Positions 40,711 to 50,932 of a stretch of DNA of 64,000 nucleotides are shown in pieces. A model generated the notes under the pieces. It was not told the origin of the DNA and did no database searches. It saw only the letters and a list, made by a program, of their open reading frames with translations. The stretch lies in assembly GCA_963848965.1 (NCBI GenBank), contig CAWKFG010000005.1, positions 32,001 through 96,000 on the forward strand, written 5' to 3'. The translations under genes were made by a program, and so were the position numbers. The stretch comes from an uncultured bacterium. GTDB taxonomy: Bacteria; Babelota; Babeliae; Babelales; Babelaceae. The first letter of the stretch is position 1. Each line of letters opens with the position of its first letter.

Positions 40711-41427
40711 ATGCTTGTCGTATTACTAAGCTTTTTTTATGAGTTTGTGCGCTTGTGTTTAACTAGTAAAGTGTTTGCTCTTATAGTTCTAGGAGCAGTA
40801 TGTCTACAGTTTTTTACTAATACTTTTGAAAAAGTATATAATAAGCCAGTTCCTCCTGCAGCAATGCTATTACACGCTCCAGCTGTTTCTCACTCTATAG
40901 CTCCTTTGGCATCTCCTGTTTTACAATCGCAGTCTATTCCATTTATAGGTGCTCTCTATGCTTTTGTAAGACAAGGAATGAATTTTCATGCGCCTGCTTC
41001 ATCTACAGATGGTGTTCCGCCTTCAGGAGCTATCCCAACTTCTTCTGATAGCGATAAAAAAGATCCTCGTTGGATTTTAGAGAGTAAAAATACTGTTTTT
41101 TTGGGAACAAGCATTACAGCAGGACTTATTGCTTTGTGGGCTGCAGGTAACTACTTACTTCCTGAGTCTCAACACGAAAAGCAACCAGTAAGAACACAAG
41201 ATATGAAGCAAGCTATGCTAGAAAAGCTCCAACATACTGTTACTGTTTTTAACCCAGAAGTAAAGATTTCTGACAGAGAGCTTGAGCAGCTTTCTACGTT
41301 CCTTTTGCATATGCAGCAACAGACCAAGAAACAAAGTATCTCTATCCGTTGTAAAAATTTTATTCAAGCATGGACTAAATACTTTATTGCTCGCTATACC
41401 CAACACAAAACTTTGCTTTCTTTATAG
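40711..41427 (+). CDS. Hypothetical membrane protein, possibly an AAA-less relative of the ATAD3-like family
   Basis: AAGGGGGGG RBS; TM VFLGTSITAGLIALWAAGNYLL resembles IFWGTTLLVGAMGAWFLLKHLL of the next gene. Confidence 0.6.
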   Translation: MLVVLLSFFYEFVRLCLTSKVFALIVLGAVCLQFFTNTFEKVYNKPVPPAAMLLHAPAVSHSIAPLASPVLQSQSIPFIGALYAFVRQGMNFHAPASSTDGVPPSGAIPTSSDSDKKDPRWILESKNTVFLGTSITAGLIALWAAGNYLLPESQHEKQPVRTQDMKQAMLEKLQHTVTVFNPEVKISDRELEQLSTFLLHMQQQTKKQSISIRCKNFIQAWTKYFIARYTQHKTLLSL

Positions 41428-41504
41428 ATATTTTCTATCCTCTGTGGTAAAGAAGAATATATACTTTAAAAAACGTATATCATCTATAGAGAAGAGAGAA
41501 AACT

Positions 41505-43016
41505 ATGCAGGTTGAGATGTTAATGTTAGCAGGGTCTATAACCTTTATAGCGTGGGCTTTACTGTATCATTTTAATGAGATACTATTCTGGAGTGCGCTT
41601 GGTCTTTTTGGTGCTGCAGGAACAGTCAGGGTTCATAATTACTTGAATCAGACTGTAAAAGTAGAACAAGGTGCTGCTCCTACCTCTAGACAGCGTGTTG
41701 CTTTACTTGTTAAACATTATGTAAATTCTGTTGTAACTGTTGTAGGTCCTCCTGTAGAGCGTGTTGCTAATTCTGTAGTGGCTACTCAAACAGGGCAAGT
41801 GTGCTTGCGTATGTGGCAACGTATAAAAAGTTATATACCCTTAAGATTTCTAGCAGCATCAGTATTAGGCGCAGCTCCGAGAGTCAATGCTGCAGTACCC
41901 GGTAATAGAGAGGGAGTGGCAGTTAACATAGCAGAAGAAAGTGGTAGATTTGGTGCCCAAGCTGCTGATAGCTTTATACATAATGTTATGCAAGCACCAC
42001 ATGTACGTGAAGTTATAGATAGCTTACGACAAGCTGTTGGTGATGGCAGACCACTTGGAGAAGCTGTAAAGAAAATGGCAGAGCCTATTGCTGAAGAGAT
42101 AGGCAAAGGTCTGGAAGAAGCTGAAACAAAGATGGAACAAAAGGCTGCAGCTGTAAAAGGAGAATTTAAAGGTGCAATTTTTTGGGGCACTACTCTTTTA
42201 GTAGGGGCAATGGGTGCCTGGTTTTTATTAAAACATCTTCTTGCAAAGCCAAATCAGGATCAAAACAAATCACGCATCCGAGTTCCAGAATTTGAAAAAA
42301 GGCCTATAGAACGACTACGTTCATTATATACAAGAAGCTCTCATACTTCACCAGAATTGTTCTTTGAGTCTTCATTACAAGAACATCTAAATGCTGTTAA
42401 AGAACTTATTATTTCGGTAAGGAAGAAAAAATACGAAGAAACTGTAGACTGTTCTTATCCTCGAGTGCTGTTGTATGGGCCGCAAGGAACTGGTAAGCGG
42501 TCATTTGCTCAAAGTGTTGCACAAGCTGCTGGTATGAGCTTTATACCTGTTACAGGATCAGCATTCTTTGCTTTTAAAGGAACAGATGCATTTAAAGCTG
42601 TAGATACCTTATTTGATGAAATTAAACAAAATACAAAGGGTGCAGTACTGTTTATAGAACAAGCAGAACTGTTGCTATCTCAACCTAAGGATGAGCAACC
42701 TACTGATGATCGTGCAGTTTTTATAGCATATTTTGCAGAGCAGATAAAAGATATAAGTAAACTATGCCCTATAGTGTTTGCTCTAGAGGAGCTTCCTCAT
42801 CCTTTGCATAAAATATCTAAGGGCTGCATTACTCATCAAATATCATTTACTTTACCAACTGTTAAAGAGCGACTGAGAGTACTTAAACTTTTTAACACTA
42901 GGCTGCAAGAATCACAAAAGAATGTGCTGAATGATCAAGAGATTGAAGCTCTTGCTCATGATCTTGAAGGAGCTACGTATGTAGATCTTCAAAAAGCACT
43001 TGTAGGCGTTTACTAG
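41505..43016 (+). CDS. ATAD3-like AAA protein with degenerate Walker motifs
   Basis: N-terminal TMs, central TM, VLLYGPQGTGKR, LFIEQAE, FTLPTVKER; paralogous to 31790 and 39057. Confidence 0.8.
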   Translation: MQVEMLMLAGSITFIAWALLYHFNEILFWSALGLFGAAGTVRVHNYLNQTVKVEQGAAPTSRQRVALLVKHYVNSVVTVVGPPVERVANSVVATQTGQVCLRMWQRIKSYIPLRFLAASVLGAAPRVNAAVPGNREGVAVNIAEESGRFGAQAADSFIHNVMQAPHVREVIDSLRQAVGDGRPLGEAVKKMAEPIAEEIGKGLEEAETKMEQKAAAVKGEFKGAIFWGTTLLVGAMGAWFLLKHLLAKPNQDQNKSRIRVPEFEKRPIERLRSLYTRSSHTSPELFFESSLQEHLNAVKELIISVRKKKYEETVDCSYPRVLLYGPQGTGKRSFAQSVAQAAGMSFIPVTGSAFFAFKGTDAFKAVDTLFDEIKQNTKGAVLFIEQAELLLSQPKDEQPTDDRAVFIAYFAEQIKDISKLCPIVFALEELPHPLHKISKGCITHQISFTLPTVKERLRVLKLFNTRLQESQKNVLNDQEIEALAHDLEGATYVDLQKALVGVY

Positions 43017-43079
43017 ATTAACTGTCTTAAAAAAATGTAGTAAACTCTGCACTATACGATTATTCAAAGAGGTGCAGAG

Positions 43080-44924
43080 TTGTGGATCATAGTTCTTTTT
43101 TTTACCATTACTTTCTTTGCTGAATCTGCTGTACAGTGGACTCAGGATGCGAGTACTTATGAGTTTTCTGTCTATTTTCAACCAGAAGCAGTGTATGCAA
43201 AGAATATCTATTGGTTGAATAATGAAGCATGTGACGAAGTATTATATGCACGCCATTACCTTGACCTTCAATCACTATATACGTATCGCGAAGATGTAAT
43301 GAAAGCTAAGGCTGTCGTACGTTCTCGCACGATCTGGGGTCATACACCAGAAGCACTATGCACAAGTAGGGTCCCTGTTAAAGAGTTTGGCATAACTTTT
43401 GGAGGACATAAGCATGGGCTCTGGTTGAGTGAAGTATGGATACGCGAGCTATGGCTTGAAGGTAGTCTAAACGATTTTTTAGGATTGCCTTTTTGCAATC
43501 GACATATACTTACTATTGGTGCTTTTTCTTTTGAATTAGGCAGAGGTATCTCATTAGGCTCTGCATATCCGAATTTCCCTCTTTTAGTAGGTGTGGATAT
43601 TGATAGTGCAATTGATCAATATGCATTTGGAGCAAAACTGTCAGGAGAACTCTCTAAAAATCATCTTTGGTATGATATTTATGGAGCTATTTTTAGAGAA
43701 CGAGCACTTGATATAACTGATGATGATCTTTTTGAGCGAGCTTGTGATCGCGGTACCTATGGTTATAAAGCCCATCCGTTTGAAAGAACTTTGCACTGTG
43801 GACTTCGTGATTTTGCTGTTGCAGCACGACTGAGGTGGGAACCGCTTGATAAAGATGAGAAAAAAAAGGTATATTTTGAACCTTATGTGCTCGCGTATCA
43901 TGCTCCTGACCTAAAAATAGAATTTTCTCATGAAGGGAAAAGTACTTTAGTAACACTGGGGCTTGCTGGAGAGTATACGTTTAAAAATGTTGAATGTGGT
44001 TTTGAGTGGGCTTTTAATAGAGGAGGTCAAGAGGTATTTGGTCTTGATAGAAATAAGCTTATTATGCATGACGATAACGGCGTTCTTCAAGTAGTTAATG
44101 ACCAAGTAGTTGTCAGCAGTATAGATCATGATGCTTTAGCGACTCCAAAAAATGAGAAACTTATTCGTTTGTCACCTGCTTGTCAAAGTAAGAACGGGAA
44201 ACCACTTTCATCTACTTTAAAGAATAAGCCTTTTAGATTCCAAGATCCTTATTGTGTTCAGTATAGAGGCTTTTTTTTCGTTGCAGATCTGAGTTTTATT
44301 CTTTTAAAAGATACGTGTAAAGTGAGTTGTACCTGGGGCTATGCATCTGGTGATAATGATGTGCATAAAAGGATACTAAAGGAACATATATTAGAAGACT
44401 GTAAAAAAGTTGTAGATTTTACAGGGTTTGTAAGCGTTAACGAAACCTATGTTGGCAAGCGGGTGCTGAGTGCACTTTTTCTTAATGGTGTTGGTGTTTT
44501 TCCTCGTCCTATCACCTTTGGCTCTGTTATAGATTCTTCTGCTTCTTTAGTAGGAGGTTTTACCAACTTAGTGCTTGCCGGTTTTTCTACCGATTTATGG
44601 TATAAATTAGAGCCACATCGATGGCATATTAACCCTAATGTACTCTTTTTTTGGCAAGACCATTCTCCTTGCTGGAAAGACAAAAAAGTTCCTTCTTACT
44701 TAGGAGTGGAGCTCAATTGTATAACTGAGATGCAGCTTTTTAAGGATTTTTCTTTCTATGCTATAGGGTCTGTATTTGTGCCAGGCTCTTGTTATAAGTT
44801 TCTTACAGGAGTGCCTCTTAGCAGTGAACAGGTAGAGAGTTTTGAAGAGCATAAGGTATCTCATGGCTTTCTTGGGCATGATCCTGCATACCTTATTAAC
44901 TTTGGATTGAAATATACGTTTTAA
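43080..44924 (+). CDS. Probable outer membrane beta-barrel protein (paralog of 29551-31680)
   Basis: Shares WIRELW, LPFCN, FELGRGI, SAIDQYAFGAKLSG, GYASGD, FTNL and WQD with 29551; ends NFGLKYTF. Confidence 0.65.
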   Translation: MWIIVLFFTITFFAESAVQWTQDASTYEFSVYFQPEAVYAKNIYWLNNEACDEVLYARHYLDLQSLYTYREDVMKAKAVVRSRTIWGHTPEALCTSRVPVKEFGITFGGHKHGLWLSEVWIRELWLEGSLNDFLGLPFCNRHILTIGAFSFELGRGISLGSAYPNFPLLVGVDIDSAIDQYAFGAKLSGELSKNHLWYDIYGAIFRERALDITDDDLFERACDRGTYGYKAHPFERTLHCGLRDFAVAARLRWEPLDKDEKKKVYFEPYVLAYHAPDLKIEFSHEGKSTLVTLGLAGEYTFKNVECGFEWAFNRGGQEVFGLDRNKLIMHDDNGVLQVVNDQVVVSSIDHDALATPKNEKLIRLSPACQSKNGKPLSSTLKNKPFRFQDPYCVQYRGFFFVADLSFILLKDTCKVSCTWGYASGDNDVHKRILKEHILEDCKKVVDFTGFVSVNETYVGKRVLSALFLNGVGVFPRPITFGSVIDSSASLVGGFTNLVLAGFSTDLWYKLEPHRWHINPNVLFFWQDHSPCWKDKKVPSYLGVELNCITEMQLFKDFSFYAIGSVFVPGSCYKFLTGVPLSSEQVESFEEHKVSHGFLGHDPAYLINFGLKYTF

Positions 44925-44953
44925 GGGACAAGAAGTGCTTGCCCCTTATAGTA

Positions 44954-45166
44954 TTATTTTTGTACGTCTGCAAGTTTTTTTTCAGTTGTTTTTAGTTGCT
45001 CAACCGCTTTTTCAGCTTCCTTTACTTCTCTTTCAGCCGTTTTAGTATCTTTTTCAACTTCTTTTTTCAGCTCTGCAGTGCGTGTTTCTTTTGATTTAAA
45101 CCAATTAGTCGCTTCTAAAGAAAATAAGGTACCAGTGATTAAAAGCGCGAGGACAAAACGTTTCAT
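44954..45166 (-). CDS. Small secreted coiled-coil protein (70 aa)
   Basis: AAGGAGAG RBS, signal peptide, K/E-rich helix. Confidence 0.75.
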   Translation of the reverse strand: MKRFVLALLITGTLFSLEATNWFKSKETRTAELKKEVEKDTKTAEREVKEAEKAVEQLKTTEKKLADVQK

Positions 45167-45560
45167 ACTCTCTCCTTAGTATTTATATAGTGTATAGCCT
45201 TTTTGGCTTTGCTCTCTAACAGTAAGTATAGAGTATGCAAAGATCTAAAAGCAATAATTTATATGCAATTATAAATAATTATAACTAACTATTTATACTT
45301 TTTCATCCGGTTATTAGAGTAAAAAGTTCAAGGGTAAAAACAATTATATATAACAACAATTCTAGCTGTCTGAAAATAAAGGTCTTTCTTAAGAGAGTGA
45401 AAGAGTGCTACTTGAAAAACATACAGTATATGATACAGTAAAAAGGCATTATAGTGAGCTATTATAGCTAGATTCAGAATTATTTAATATCAAAAATTTG
45501 TAGCGCATATGCCCTGATAGCTTACTCTCTACTATTTTAACTATATAACTAGGAGAACCG

Positions 45561-46247
45561 ATGATTGTATTTTTTTGTTTAATGATAGTTATAGAACTGG
45601 GTCTTGCTAGTAATGTAGTTGCAATGGAACAAGATGTGCAAAACGTTGATACACAACCTTTTCAAACAGCCTTGGCTCAAAAAGATTTTACTAGACTGTA
45701 TGCTACTCTTGACGCATATCCTCAACTACGGCAAGAATATTGGAGAAATTTAATGCAGAGACAAGTTGACACCCCTGTTAACAAAGAGGATGTAGATGCT
45801 CTAAACGTAGAACAGCTTGAAAGATTAGATCGTGAATTGAAGCCGCTGTTAAATCTTATAGCAAGACTCTATGCTTTTGTTGATGAAGACCAAAAAAGAA
45901 TTGAGGCAGCAACTTGGACCGGCAAGGATAAGATCTTACTACAAGGAGGTTCAAAAATTGTACCTCTTATTGTAATGTACTCTGCTTATGTAGCTTATAA
46001 TTATAGTAATATGAATATAGTATTTTTAGGGTGCATGTTAAGTGTAGAAGCTCTTCTTTTATGTGTTCTTTATGGTGTTATATGTGACACGTATGTCCCT
46101 CGATTACCGCACGATTTTGAATATTCTAAATTGAAAGATATGCTTAAGAGTGCGCAAACTAAAGTAGGGACATTAAATGGATGGGTTAGCACTGCGCTTG
46201 TACAAAAAAAATATGTTAATGGATTCATAAATTTACCAACTGCCTGA
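45561..46247 (+). CDS. Hypothetical exported protein with two TM segments
   Basis: AGGAG RBS, signal peptide ending VVA-MEQ, hydrophobic hairpin flanked by helical regions. Confidence 0.7.
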   Translation: MIVFFCLMIVIELGLASNVVAMEQDVQNVDTQPFQTALAQKDFTRLYATLDAYPQLRQEYWRNLMQRQVDTPVNKEDVDALNVEQLERLDRELKPLLNLIARLYAFVDEDQKRIEAATWTGKDKILLQGGSKIVPLIVMYSAYVAYNYSNMNIVFLGCMLSVEALLLCVLYGVICDTYVPRLPHDFEYSKLKDMLKSAQTKVGTLNGWVSTALVQKKYVNGFINLPTA

Positions 46248-46311
46248 ATGTTTATTCTATTTTTTGAATAACAGTAGTAACTACTAGTCGAGTAAGCTCT
46301 TTTGAGGAACC

Positions 46312-48075
46312 ATGGAACATTTTGAACGAACGATTGGCTGTGGTGAGATTACACAGCATTTTTTAGGTAAAGTAGTAACGCTTAATGGATGGGTACATCG
46401 CAGACGTGATCATGGAGGGCTTATCTTTGTTGATCTTCGTGATCGTAGCGGGATAATGCAGGTGGTATTCAGTAAAGATATTTCTGTTCAATCACAAGAG
46501 CTTGCTCAGCAACTTCGATCAGAATTTGTTGTATCAGTACGCGGAAAGGTAGTTGAGCGTGCTTCAGGAACAATAAATACCGAAATTCCCACGGGCCGTT
46601 ATGAGCTTCAAGCTCAAGAGCTTTCTATATTAAATAAGGCAAAGGCTCTTCCTTTTTCGCTTGAACATGCTGATGAGGTTGATGAAGAGATGCGGCTTAA
46701 GTATCGTTACTTAGACTTAAGACGACCTGTTATGCAAGAGCGTATAAAAATGCGCCACAACATTATTTTTGCTATGCGTGAGTTTTTGGTGCGTGAAGGA
46801 TTTTATGAAATTGAGACGCCGATACTCACTAAAAATACTGCTGAAGGAGCGCGTGAATTTTTAGTACCATCACGATTACATAAAGGTTCATTTTATGCCC
46901 TTCCTCAATCGCCACAGCTTTATAAGCAGATTCTTATGTGTGCTGGCATGGAAAGGTATTTTCAGGTGGCACGCTGCTTTAGAGATGAAGATCTTCGTGC
47001 AGACAGGCAGCCTGAGTTTACACAGCTTGATATGGAGATGTCTTTTAGTACGGAGAAGGATATTCAAGGAGTTACTGAGCGGCTGCTTGCTCATATCTTT
47101 AAAAGTATTTTTAATAAAGAAATACAGTTACCTTTACGCCGTATGACGTATGATGAAGCATTCAGCACATATGGTTCAGATAAACCAGATTTACGATTTG
47201 CTCTTGCCATACACGATGTAAGTGCTCTATTTGAAGATACGCAACTTTCCTTTTTACGTGCAGCTCTCGATAAGGGAGGAAAGATAGGAGCTTTAATAGT
47301 CAAAGAGCATGCTTTTACGCGCTCTGAGCTAGAGCATTGGGTAGATCAAGCGCTTAAAAATGGTGCTAAAGGGCTTGTGTGGATAAAGTTTAAAGAAAAT
47401 GGTGAGTTTGAAGCTCCTATTGCACGTTTCTTGCCACAAGATTTTTATGCACGTATGCGTGCTCTTGTACCAGATCTGGCTCCAGGAGATACGGCATTTC
47501 TTGTTGCAGGTCCTTATAAAGAAAGTTGGGCACAACTTGGTAAGTTGCGTTTGCAGCTTGGAGCTGCTTTACATCTTATACCTCAAGATGCTCTTGAATT
47601 GCTTTGGGTAACGGATTTTCCTTTGCTTGAATATGATGAAGGACGATGGACTTCAGTACATCATCCCTTTACTTCTCCACAACCAGGGTGGGAACAGCAG
47701 GATCCTGCTCAGATAAAAGCTCGAGCATACGATATTGTATTTAATGGTGTTGAGCTTGGAGGAGGTTCTATTCGTATTCATAATCCTGAAATACAACGTA
47801 AGATTTTTGACTTTTTAGGATTAAAGAGAGAAGAAATGGAAGCTCATTTTGGCTTTTTACTTGAAGCGCAAGAATTAGGTTTTCCTCCTCATGGAGGTAT
47901 AGCGCTTGGTATAGATCGTTTTGTCATGCTGCTTCTTCATTGTGCTTCTATTCGCGATGTTATAGCATTTCCAAAAACACAAAGTGGTGCAGATCCTATG
48001 ATGCAAGCACCAACACCAGTAGATGAAAAAAAATTGGCAGAGTATGGTATTAAAGTTGTTGTAGAAAAGGCATAA
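46312..48075 (+). CDS. aspS: Aspartate-tRNA ligase, probably non-discriminating Asp/Asn
   Basis: RRRDHGG, RLKYRYLDLRR, ALPQSPQ, FRDEDLRADRQPEFTQLD, PPHGGIALGIDR. Confidence 0.97.
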   Translation: MEHFERTIGCGEITQHFLGKVVTLNGWVHRRRDHGGLIFVDLRDRSGIMQVVFSKDISVQSQELAQQLRSEFVVSVRGKVVERASGTINTEIPTGRYELQAQELSILNKAKALPFSLEHADEVDEEMRLKYRYLDLRRPVMQERIKMRHNIIFAMREFLVREGFYEIETPILTKNTAEGAREFLVPSRLHKGSFYALPQSPQLYKQILMCAGMERYFQVARCFRDEDLRADRQPEFTQLDMEMSFSTEKDIQGVTERLLAHIFKSIFNKEIQLPLRRMTYDEAFSTYGSDKPDLRFALAIHDVSALFEDTQLSFLRAALDKGGKIGALIVKEHAFTRSELEHWVDQALKNGAKGLVWIKFKENGEFEAPIARFLPQDFYARMRALVPDLAPGDTAFLVAGPYKESWAQLGKLRLQLGAALHLIPQDALELLWVTDFPLLEYDEGRWTSVHHPFTSPQPGWEQQDPAQIKARAYDIVFNGVELGGGSIRIHNPEIQRKIFDFLGLKREEMEAHFGFLLEAQELGFPPHGGIALGIDRFVMLLLHCASIRDVIAFPKTQSGADPMMQAPTPVDEKKLAEYGIKVVVEKA

Positions 48076-48099
48076 GAGGTATGAGAACCATACCTCTTA
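48073..48099. terminator. Hairpin between convergent genes (probable bidirectional terminator)
   Basis: TAAGAGGTATG/CATACCTCTTA. Confidence 0.65.
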
Positions 48100-48143
48100 C
48101 TTAGAACATACTTATATTTATGACTCTGTAGGCGATAGTGATA

Positions 48144-48398
48144 TTAATCAGCAACATCTTGTGTATCTACTGGCGTTTTTGCACCAGTAGGTTCACAGAC
48201 GGTTCCTATACCTGTGCAGTATCTTCTGCATTCACTTTCTGACTCATAAACGTCAGTAAATACACTGTCTGCCATATTATCTCGCGAGCAAATATATTTA
48301 ATATCAGGTGCTTTTGCTGGAGAAGTTCCTAGATCTCCTCGTTGAGCTATAAGAGAACCTGCTATAAGAGTGAGAAACAGTACTACTAGTTTTTTCAT
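48144..48398 (-). CDS. Small secreted protein with four Cys
   Basis: AGGAAGG RBS, MKKLVVLFLTLIAGSLIA signal, YIC...ECRRYC...VC. Confidence 0.72.
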   Translation of the reverse strand: MKKLVVLFLTLIAGSLIAQRGDLGTSPAKAPDIKYICSRDNMADSVFTDVYESESECRRYCTGIGTVCEPTGAKTPVDTQDVAD

Positions 48399-48810
48399 AG
48401 ACTTCCTTCCTTTGTTTATATTCTTTGTATTTAGTATAAAAAATAAAAAATAAAGTTATCAACAATAATGTATATTTTAATAAAAAATTGATAATTGTAA
48501 GTTTTAGGCTAGGCGCTTCAGATAGAGGATCTGAATGCGTTGCCTGAAAAGCAGAACTGCAGCATTTGAAGAGAAGGATTTACCTTGATACTTCACATGA
48601 TTGGTTTGAAAAAAAAATCAAGTTTCATGTCTGGAATGACTGTGTCTTAGGCATACCGACTCTCAAACACTCAAATTCACTTAAGCATTTTGCTAGGTCT
48701 TAGTCCTTACTTTAAACGATCTAGAGAAACCAACACTTTCTAGAACTTTTTAGTTTGTATATACTATACTCTAGCAGTACAAGATAAAAATACCTTGGCA
48801 TTAGAGTCTC

Positions 48811-50484
48811 ATGAAAAAGCTACCCATAGGAATTAGTGATTATAAGAAGGTTATAGAAGATAGTTATTACTACGTAGATAAAACTCTTCTTATAAGAGAA
48901 GTGCTAGATATCAACGGCGAAGTAGTTTTACTGCCACGCCCACGTCGGTTTGGCAAAACCTTAAATCTTTCAATGCTTCAATACTTTTTTGAGCATACTA
49001 TCACTAAGCATGATTATCTCTTTTATGATACTGCTATTTGGCAAGATGAGTCAAAAAAAAAGCTTCAGGGTTCTTATCCTGTTATCTTCTTGACCCTTAA
49101 GGATGTTAAAGAAAGCAACTGGGAATATGCTTATGCTCGTATGGCATCAGTAATTACTGATGAGTTTAGGCGCCATGCACCCGTGCTGCTGCCCACACTT
49201 TCTTCTTACTATCTAAAGGATTATACTGCTATTCTTGAAAGAACAGCGGGCTATGTTGATTACGGCCAAAGTCTGTTGCTTTTATCAAATCTTTTAAGCG
49301 ACCATTATCAAGAAAGAGTTATGGTGCTTATTGATGAATATGATACTCCTATTCATGCAGCTTATGTACATGGTTATTATGATAAAATTATCGATTTCAT
49401 GCGCTCATTGCTTACTGCTGTTTTGAAAGACAATAAATCACTAAAAAAGGGAATTTTAACAGGAATCTTACGTACAGCGAAGGAAGGCATATTTTCCGGG
49501 CTTAATAATCTGGATGTGTTTACGCTTACCAAATCTACATTTTCAGATAAATTTGGCTTTACTCAAGAAGAAGTGGATCAGTTGTTAGCTTACTACAACT
49601 TATTAGAGACAAAAGACGCCGTCACTCAATGGTACAACGGTTATAAATTTGGCAATACGGTCATTTACAACCCTTGGTCCCTTATAAAGTGTGCCTCTGA
49701 AAACGGTAGATTACAGCCTTATTGGGTTAATACTAGCGATAACCAGCTTATTAAAAAGCTTATTGCATTATCAGATACTGATACCAAGTTAGAATTGGAA
49801 AAACTTCTTACCAAGCAGCCTATTACTCAAGAAATAGATGAGGCATTTATTTTCCCGGGTATTGAGGACAACCCTCGAGCACTATGGAGTCTTTTGCTTT
49901 TTACTGGCTATGTAACCTATACTCACTGTGATCTTGTAGAAGGAAAGGAATTCTGCAATCTAACTATTCCCAATAAAGAAATTAACTTACTTTATCAAGA
50001 TCTCATCAAGGCTATATTTGAGCAAGCTCTAGCCCTACCAAAGATACGGCAGCTTATACAAGCCCTTACCCATGGTGACAGCGAAACGCTTACAGTACTT
50101 CTTCAAGAATTTATACTCAACAGCGCAAGTGTATATGATTTCTCTGACAGAGATCTTGAGAAAAGCTATCATCTTTTTGTCTTAGGTCTTTTGGTTCTTT
50201 TAAGCGACCATTATGAGATAAAATCAAATCGAGAAGCTGGGTATGGTCGCTTTGATATTATACTTATTCCTTACGAAGAACATAAAGCTGGTATTATTAT
50301 CGAGCTCAAGAAAGTATTAACCGCAAAAAATGAAACGTTTGAGTCAGCAGCAACAAGAGCACTCGAGCAAATAGAAAGTATGCATTATGCTCAAGAACTA
50401 CGAGGACGCCATCTAACCTCTATTATAGCTTTTGGTATTGTCTTTGAAGGCAAAAAAGTGCTTGTACAATCACGAAGGCTTTAG
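48811..50484 (+). CDS. AAA-ATPase-like plus PD-(D/E)XK nuclease protein (paralog of 37143)
   Basis: MKKLPIGIS, RPRRFGKT, IDEYD, SNREAGYGRFD, IELK. Confidence 0.9.
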   Translation: MKKLPIGISDYKKVIEDSYYYVDKTLLIREVLDINGEVVLLPRPRRFGKTLNLSMLQYFFEHTITKHDYLFYDTAIWQDESKKKLQGSYPVIFLTLKDVKESNWEYAYARMASVITDEFRRHAPVLLPTLSSYYLKDYTAILERTAGYVDYGQSLLLLSNLLSDHYQERVMVLIDEYDTPIHAAYVHGYYDKIIDFMRSLLTAVLKDNKSLKKGILTGILRTAKEGIFSGLNNLDVFTLTKSTFSDKFGFTQEEVDQLLAYYNLLETKDAVTQWYNGYKFGNTVIYNPWSLIKCASENGRLQPYWVNTSDNQLIKKLIALSDTDTKLELEKLLTKQPITQEIDEAFIFPGIEDNPRALWSLLLFTGYVTYTHCDLVEGKEFCNLTIPNKEINLLYQDLIKAIFEQALALPKIRQLIQALTHGDSETLTVLLQEFILNSASVYDFSDRDLEKSYHLFVLGLLVLLSDHYEIKSNREAGYGRFDIILIPYEEHKAGIIIELKKVLTAKNETFESAATRALEQIESMHYAQELRGRHLTSIIAFGIVFEGKKVLVQSRRL

Positions 50485-50706
50485 TAACTAATCATTCCAA
50501 TATAAGCTAATTCTTTCAGAGCAATAATATTTTCATTGGCTGCTTTATATTTTGCCATGTCTGGAATGACAATTCCTTCAAACTCTTATAATTGTTCTTA
50601 CATTACAGTAAGCTCACTTTCTGTTTTCATTAAATTCGACTATAATCATTATAAAAATTAGACTGTTCTTTGAGTTTTTGCTTGCGCTGTTTAAATCAAA
50701 CTCACG

Positions 50707-50814
50707 TTAACTAAGATATTTTCTAAGGAGCTCATTAATCAGTTGAGGATTTCCTTTGCCTTTAGTCTTTTGCATAGCTTGACCTACAAAGAATCCAAAG
50801 AGCTTTTCTTGGCC
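50707..50814 (-). repeat. Displaced duplicate of the gatB 3' end (att-like direct repeat with 53669-53776)
   Basis: Encodes [35 protein letters not shown]; 47 bp identical (50768-50814 = 53730-53776), the remainder differs mostly at synonymous sites. Confidence 0.92.
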
Positions 50815-50932
50815 CTTTTTATGCTATGTAATCTAAAAAAACAAAAAGAAAAAAGATGCTCTCTCTATTCAAATTGTGATCACTTTGTTTTTGTGATTTC
50901 AAAGGCTCCAATTAAGAGTTCTCTTATAGATG

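Noticed and set aside
37143..50484. Two AAA/PD-(D/E)XK paralogs as a novel defence system
   Set aside because: Common multi-copy family in host-associated bacteria; no shared partner genes here.
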